In this document: piece by piece, positions 56,151 to 64,000 of the stretch
Numbering within the stretch: position 1 is the first letter of the stretch
Layout of the letters: each line of letters starts with the position of its first letter
DNA from: Eledone cirrhosa
Lineage: Eukaryota
DNA length: 64,000 nucleotides
Assembly (NCBI GenBank): GCA_964016885.1
Contig: OZ024740.1
Location: 365,118,001 to 365,182,000 of the forward strand
Direction: 5' to 3'
Position numbers and translations under genes: made by a program
The notes under the pieces: model-generated
What the model saw: only the letters and a program-made list of their open reading frames with translations
What the model was told of the DNA's origin: nothing
Database searches by the model: none

Positions 56151-58666
56151 TGGGTCTAGTATATATATATATATATGTACGTGTGTGTATAAAATGACAG
56201 AAACCAATGAAAGAATGTGTATGTGTATATATAAATATGTATGTTTGTATGAACCTGTAACTCTTTGTGGGATCATAGGGGTAACATACATTGTTTCTTG
56301 GACATCTTAACCCTGGTATAAGCTATCCTCTCTTTCCAAACTTGAACACATCTGAATTTTTCCAGTCAAGGGTGAGAGAGGGAGTGAGAAAGAGATATAG
56401 AGGTAGAATAAACCAAAGGATTGAACTGGTATTTTATTTATTGACTTCAAAAGGATGAAAGAGAAAGTTGACCTTGGTGGGATTTGAACTCAGAGTGCAG
56501 AGAGCCAGAACATATGCCACCAAACATTCTGTTCAATGTTCTAAGGGCTCTGCGAATTTGATGCCTTTATGTGTGTGTATGTGTATATATATCATTTAAC
56601 CTCTGTTTTTCTTATTAGCAAGCATTGTATTGGTAAAGTATTTAACTGTGAAGTTGTAATAGCAACTTCTTTAACAGGAATGGACATTTTACTATTGTTG
56701 AGGTGAAATTCTAAGTTTAGTATGGTCACTTTCCATGATAAACCTAACTCCTTGAGATATGACCTACACAGCTTACCACCACTTGCAGATATGGCCATTT
56801 TTATTTTATTTTATATATATATATATATATAAATATTATGCTTCAGTATTCAGCTTCAAATATTCCTGTCTGAACATACATAAACAAAGAGGCAAAAGAA
56901 ATGCCTGGAAAAATATGTATCATAATGTCTAAAAAAAAGATAAAATAAAATGTATTAATTATGCAATAACAGAACATATGTGATGCATATAAAATACCCA
57001 CCTCAACCCAGGATATATGTAGAGGTCTTCAACTGATATCTATATTAACTTGTATTAGGTCTGACATGAAAATGGACATATCCAATGCTAAAATCACTTT
57101 ACTTGTCTTAGCTTGCTGTTTTATAAGGGTATCTGGCTGTACAACATTGCTTCAAAAAGGATTTCATGATGGCTATGAAGCTTTTTGTGAGGCTCCATAA
57201 AAATAACCCCTGCTTTAGCTGGGAAAATAGCCTAAAGATTGCTTGTTGTTACACTTTAATTCATGAGTCAGGTGTTTAGTTGATCAAATAACTGAATGCT
57301 CATCATTGAAACCAACTGAGTACCTATCATCTATATTTAGTGGAACATTCAGTTTATTGAATGGTTGAAGATATGGTTGTACATGCTAAATGGCAGCTCA
57401 GTTGATGAAATGACTGAACACTCATTGTTGAAACTGATAGTAGATGTTATGTCCATGATAGTTGGCTGCTCAGTTGATCAGATGATGAATGCTTCTCATT
57501 GATACCAACAGAGGATCTATCAGCCATGTTTAGTAGTGGTGATCGTGGGGAATCAATATTTCCATCTTTAGTTGTTTGTTAACATCACTTGTATTGTGAA
57601 TGCAGTGTGTTTCAGGTAAAATAAAAAAAGAGGTTAGCTATTGGGTTTGAATCCTTACAAAGTAGAATCTTTCTCACAACAGAAAGTATATGGAGCATTT
57701 CTAATTAATCTCATCCTTAGCTTGTTATTTTACTGAAGCAAGCAGCAACACCATCATCATCATCAACTTTGAGCCAATTACATCCATTTTTCTAGAACTG
57801 GTTAGTCCAGTTTCATTTCCATTTTCACAATTGTGTTTGTCTCCTATATTTGCAACTACTTTCTGCTGGTCAATCATAGCAAATTGGTTGTATTTAGTCT
57901 TGAAAATATCCAGCCTAGCAGCCATTGAAAGTCTGTCCACAATTTAGCTGCTTGGAAGTTACTACATAAAAAAAGACGACAACAACTACAACAACGACAT
58001 ACCTGGATTTGAATCTTAAGATCAGCTAACAACAGCTTGTTATGATTGTGTTTACAAATATTGACATAGTTTGATTTCCTAAATATTATACTCGGTGTGT
58101 GTGAGTGTGGGAAGGAGGAAGTAGTGTGTGTGTGTAAATGTCTGTATCTCAGAGGGAATGTGAGATAGTAGTTTGTGAGTTGAGAGAGAGAAAGTAGTGT
58201 ATTTGTGTCTGAGACAGAGGGGAAGTAGCAGTGGTGCAGAAATGTGTATGCATTTGTTTGAGACGGAGGTGAGTTAGTAGTGCATCTGTGTGTGTAAAAG
58301 GAGGGGTGAAAAAACAGTGTGTGTGCGTGCACACGTGCATGTAATGAGAGAGGGGTGGGGGTAAAGGGTGAGTAGTGCATGTGAGTATTCTTTTATTCTG
58401 TCACTGGTTTGCAGTCTGGTGCTATTAATTTTATCAAGTAACTTTTTTTATTACCTTCTCTGACACAGCAGTGTTGTCAAGCACAGATTCCACACACACA
58501 TACACACATACACATGCATGTTGTTCTCTGGTGCTATTCCCTTTTTTTTTATCTTTTTTTACTTTATATATATATATACAGATACACACACATACACATA
58601 CAGAGAGACAGACAGATATTCATATATCATCATCATCGTTTAACGTCTATCTTCAACGCTAGCATG

Positions 58667-58697
<31 letters not shown>

Positions 58698-58944
58698 AAG
58701 AACAAAACAATGTTTCACATTGAGGTTTTTATTGAGTGGGTTCAGTTAGGAATGTGCCAGCGATAGGTGGATCAAGATCCATATTTGTAATATAGTCCTG
58801 ACTCCAGCCCCAATCTGCTTATCAGACTTGTTAATCAAGCAAAAGCAGAGTCTCATCATTAATGTATACACTCTGCTATAACACAGTGCTAATATTGATA
58901 CCTTCCTCAATAAACCACAAATCTACTGAATCACGTAATTATAA

Positions 58945-59027
<83 letters not shown>

Positions 59028-59154
59028 TCATCATCATCATCATTTTACGTCCGCTTTTCCCTGCTTGCAAGGGTGGGACGGGAACTGATTCTGGCTTGAT
59101 TTCTACAGCTGGATGCCCTTCCTAACACCAACCTCATTTACAGTGAGTGCTGGG

Positions 59155-60075
59155 TGTTTACAAACACACCGAGCATTATAATAAATGTTCGGTAAATCCA
59201 TACGTACATATATATATGTGTGCATGTATCTATATATATATATATATACATACTACTGTACGTCTGTATGCATATATGTATGTACATGTACATACTTATA
59301 TTTAAGTAACGGCCGTACTAAGAGTGGGAAATGAAATTTTGTTTCATTTTTTTTCCGTTTATCATTTTCGGTGCACCCGGCCGATTAACCAACTCGATAT
59401 GCAAATTGGGCTACTCAGCCGTTAATATGCATAAGGTAAGTATATACGTTCAACAATCTGGCAGGAAGGTATACGTTGCTGACAATAGCTAATAAGCTTG
59501 AAACTAGTACAGCGTTCCTTTGTCAGTGTTGAACAAACGAGCAACGATGATTGCTGGACACTACGTCTTAATACGGGATGTTTGTTTACAAACACGCCAA
59601 GCATTATAATAAATGTTCGGTAAATCAATACGTACATATATATATGTGTGCATATATGTATATATATACATACTACTGTACGTCTGTATGCATATATGTA
59701 TGTAAACAATATGCCCCCCCCCCCCCCCCCCCCCACCGCAAGGTGGTCGTGGAGGTGCCACGGCAAAAAAGCACCCAGCCCACACTGTAAAGTGGACGTG
59801 TAGGCGCCACGAAAAAGCACCCAGCACTCACTGTAAATGAGGTTGGTGTTAGGAAGGGCATCCAGCTGTAGAAATCAAGCCAGATCAGTTCCTGTATGAG
59901 CAAGGCATGGTCAGCCGACCAGACACTGCCCACAACAGGACAACCCGTCTAACCCATGCTAGCGTGGAAGAACGGACGTAAAACGGTGATGATGATATGT
60001 ACGTGTACATACTTATATTTAAGTAACAGCCGTACTGAGAGTGGGAAATGAAATTTCGTGTCATTTTTTCGTTTA
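59155..60075 (+). mobile_element. tandem ~430-nt non-coding HHR element (retrozyme-like), interrupted by a SINE
   Basis: GTTTACAAACAC recurs at about 59156 and 59584; degenerate HHR at 59473-59515 (CTGACAA); octamer at 59399-59406; homologous to 3198-3640. Confidence 0.65.
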
Positions 60076-60456
60076 TATATATCATCATTTCATTTTCATC
60101 ATTTCATTTTACGTCCACTCTTCCCTGCTTGCAAGGGTGGGACGGGAACTGATTCTGGCTTGATTTCTACAGCTGGATGCTCTTCCTAACACCAACCTCA
60201 TTTACAGTGAGTGCTGGGTGCTTTTTTGCCGTGGCACCTCCACAACCACTTTGCAGTGGAATGATAGGGATCCCAGTCCCTATCATCTCATTTCTACAGT
60301 TGAGCAAACTGGAGCAATGTGAAATAAAGTGTCTTGCTCAAGGAAACAACACATCACCTGGTCTGAGAATTGAACTCACAACCTTTCGATTGCAAGGCCA
60401 ATGCTCTAACCACTAAGACATGTGCCTCCACTAAGCCATGTGCCTCCATATATATA

Positions 60457-60501
<45 letters not shown>

Positions 60502-60566
60502 ACATATATATATATATTATATATATACATATTATATACATATTATATATATATATTATATAAATA

Positions 60567-60623
<57 letters not shown>

Positions 60624-60708
60624 TATATATCACTATTATATATATCACTATATATCACTATTATATATATCTATATATCACTATTATATATATATATATA
60701 TATCACTA

Positions 60709-60740
<32 letters not shown>

Positions 60741-60764
60741 CACTATTATATATATATATATTAC

Positions 60765-62590
60765 TATTCGGAAATAGTTGCCGAAATGCTGAAAGCATCT
60801 GGAACGGTGGGACACACTATGGTCACCGGGATAGTAAACCAAGTCATACAGAATGGGGTCGTTCCGAAGGACTGGCGCAGCAGCATCATCATTAACTGCT
60901 ACAAGGGTAAAGGTGATGCCCTAGATAGGGGAAACTATAGAGGCATTAAATTAATTGACCAGGTCATGAAGGTCACAGAAAAAGTAATAACGCAACTAAT
61001 CAGAGAGCGAATTGATCTAGACGAAATGCAGTTCGGGTTTGTGTCAGGTAAAAGTACAACAGACGCTCTTTTCATTGTACGACAACTACAGGAGAAGTAC
61101 CTAGCTAAAGGTAAACCCCTATACTTAGCTTTTGTTGACTTGGAGAACGCTTTTGACAGAGTACCCGCTCGATTATCTGGTGGGCCCTTAGAAAACTAGG
61201 TGTTGATGAATGGCTTGTGAGAGCTATACAAGCCATGTATAAAGAAACAGCCAGCAAGGTTAAAATTAACAACGAATATAGTGAAGAGTTTAGCGTAAAA
61301 GTTGGTGTTCATCAGGGCTCCGTCTTTAGCCCCCTACTATTTATTATTGCCCTTCAGGCTATAACAGAGGAGTTCAAGACCGGCTGCCCATGGGAACTCC
61401 TATATGCAGATGATCTAACGCTCATAGCTGAATCAATGGCTGAACTAGAGAAGAAATTCCAAACATCTGGGAAATGGCCATGCTCAGTGTGTAGAAAAGG
61501 AGTAGGTAGAAACTCCATTTTATGTCCCAAATGCAAAGTATGGGTACATAAAAGATGTAGTGGGATCACAGGTAAACTATCTAAGGATATAGTGCCCACA
61601 GAATACTAACTCATTCCATTGCACAGAGGTTCTATAGAAATAGTGGACAGCTTCCGTTACCTGGGTGATAAAATCAGCAGTGGGGGAGGGTGCTCTGAAA
61701 GTACAGTAGCTAGGGTCAGAACGGGATGGAAAAAGTTCAGAGAGCTTATACCACGATTGGCCGCTAAAGGGTTCTCTCTAAAAATGAAAGGCAGGCTGTA
61801 TGATGCCTGCATACGAACAGCAATGTTACATGGCAGTGAGACCTGGACATTGTGTGCAGAGGATATACGCAGACTGGAGAGAAACGAAGCTTGCATGCTC
61901 CGCTGGATGTGTAATAGTAACATATGTGAACGGCAAAGCATAAACGTACTAAGGGAGAAATTAGAAATAAGAGGGATCAGATGTTGTTTACTCGAGAGAA
62001 GACTACGTTGGTATGGTCACGTGATGCGAATGAAAGACGACAGCTGTATAAAAAAGTGCAGGGCAATAAAAATAGACGGTAGCCACGGAGTAGGCAGACC
62101 CAGAAAAACATGGGACGATTTGATAAATTCTGACCTCACACACTTACACCTCTCCAAGACAATGTCACTGGACCGAGAGCTTTGGCGCTACACAGTAATA
62201 GAGAAGACCCGCCTTACCTAAGTACAAAGTGAAACCTACTACAGTCAGTAGGCACCTCTGACAAAATACACCCCGTCCCACTACCCCCACCCCATCCACA
62301 CCACCCTTTCTTTGTAAAGTTATGTTGGAGTCACAACATCCAGCCCGAAACAAATGAGGTTGTGTAGGTGTCACGACAAAAAAACACAGTCCACGCTGTA
62401 GGCAACACGGTAAAAACCTCCCAGACCCACACTGTAAATGTGGTTGGTGTTAGGAAGGGCATCCAGCCGTAGAAAACCCGCCAGACAGTCCTACGCGAGC
62501 AAGACAACCACTCTTGCCTCAAGTGGGAAAACACCCGTCCAAACCCATGCAAGCGTGGAACATGGACGTTAAACGATGATGATGATGATG
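60765..62590 (+). mobile_element. RTE-clade LINE, 5'-truncated and decayed
   Basis: NYRGIKL, QFGF, FVDLE.AFD, GVHQGS, LYADD, Cys-rich WPCSVC...WVHKRC insert, RRLRWYGHV, GRPRKTW; (GAT)n tail. Confidence 0.92.
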
Positions 62591-63362
62591 ATTACTATTA
62601 TATATATATATTTATATAATATATATATTACTATTATATATATATATTATATATATATATATATTACTATTATATATATATATTATATATATATATATAT
62701 TACTATTATATATATATATTACTATTATATATATATATATATATTACTATTATATATATATATATTATATATATATATATATATGTTACTATTATATATA
62801 TTACTATATATATATTATATATATATATATATATTATATATATATATATGTTAGTGGTTAGAGCATTGGCCTTGCAATCGAAAGGTTATGAGTTCAATTC
62901 TTGGGCCGGGTGATGTGTTGTTTCCTTGAGCAAGACACTTTATTTCACATTGCTCCAGTTTACTCAGCTGTAGAAATGAGATGATAGGACTGGGTTCCCT
63001 ATGATTCCACTGTAAAGTCGTCGTGGAGGTGCCATGGCAAAAAAGCACCCAGCCCACACTGTAAAGTGGACGTGTAGGCTCCACGCAAAAAAAGCACCCA
63101 GCACTCACTGTAAATGAGTTTGGTGTTAGGAAGGGCCACCAGCTGTAGAAATCAAGCCAGAATCAGTTCCCGTCCCACCCTTGCAAGCAGGGAAAACCGG
63201 ACGTAAAATGATGATGATGATATATATATGTATATATATATACATAGATATATATACATATATAAATATATATATATACATATATATATATACATATACA
63301 TATATATACATATATATATATATACATATATATATATACATATATACATATATATATATATA

Positions 63363-64000
63363 CATCATCATCATCATCATCATCATCATCATTTTACGTC
63401 CGCTTTTCCCTGCTTGCAAGGGTGGGACGGGTCTTATTCAGCACAGCATCTCTCCACTCGTCACGGTCCTTCGTCATCTCCACCGTGAGCTTCAATGATC
63501 TGAGGTCTGTTCTCACCACCTCCGCCCATGTTTTTCGTGGTCTACCTCTACCACGTCTTGCTTCAACTGGCATTTCCTGGCACTTCTTCACCCATCGGTC
63601 ATCCTCCATGCGCATCACATGTCCATACGACCTCAGTCTCCTCTCCCGCACACTACATTCTGTCCCTCTCAGACACAGTTTCTATCTCAACACATTTATG
63701 CTGGGTCGTTCACGCACATTTATACTGCACATCCAACGGAGCATGCTTGCTTCTCCAGCCGTCGCATATCCTCTGCAGTTGCTGCCCATGTCTCACTACC
63801 ATGCAGCATCGCGCTCCTCACACAGGCATCATACAACCGGCCTTTCGTACGCAGGGAGAAACCCTTCTTCGTCAACAGAGGAAGCAGCTCCCTAAACTTC
63901 TTCCAACCCGTCCTTATTCTAGATACTATGGCCTCGGAACACCCTCCTCCCATGCTAATCTGATCTCCTAGTTACCGGAAGCTATCCACCACTTCTATAG
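63363..64000 (-). mobile_element. second RTE-clade LINE 3' portion (runs off the window)
   Basis: GWKKFRELLP, LHGSETW, GRGRPRKTW; (ATG)n tail. Confidence 0.9.

Noticed and set aside
55274-57940. Short ORFs or possible host exons (about 55290-55440, 56592-56798, 57725-57940)
   Set aside because: No recognisable domain or reliable splice pattern; cannot be supported without RNA-seq or homology.
61465-61575. Cys-rich finger within the LINE RT as a novel fusion
   Set aside because: This WPC..C...WVH..C insert is, to my knowledge, a common feature of invertebrate RTE elements.

Overview
AT-rich animal genomic DNA, probably a cephalopod (octopus-like, inferred from the SINE/RTE repertoire). No host protein-coding gene is supportable. 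Bases 1-44.1 kb are almost entirely a cluster of Penelope-like retroelements (PLEs; RT plus C-terminal GIY-YIG endonuclease) from at least 12 families, all inserted in (TA)n arrays. Nearly every family carries a type I hammerhead ribozyme (HHR) motif in its 3' pLTR, including non-canonical cores. Most insertions are inverted two-arm structures: one arm ends in a full 3' tail and the other stops at a fixed internal AT-rich site. Several are chimeras whose arms come from different families. One Neptune-type PLE has a coiled-coil upstream ORF joined to RT-EN by an in-frame U_UUU_UUA -1 slippery site. A non-coding, tandemly repeated HHR element with an octamer motif (retrozyme-like) is also present. 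A 617-bp tandem array and an assembly gap (46176-46375) separate the cluster from ordinary repeat-rich DNA (tRNA-SINEs, RTE LINEs, MITEs, one Helitron). Family letters A-L are my own labels. All alignments and folds were done by eye, so boundaries may be off by a few nt.
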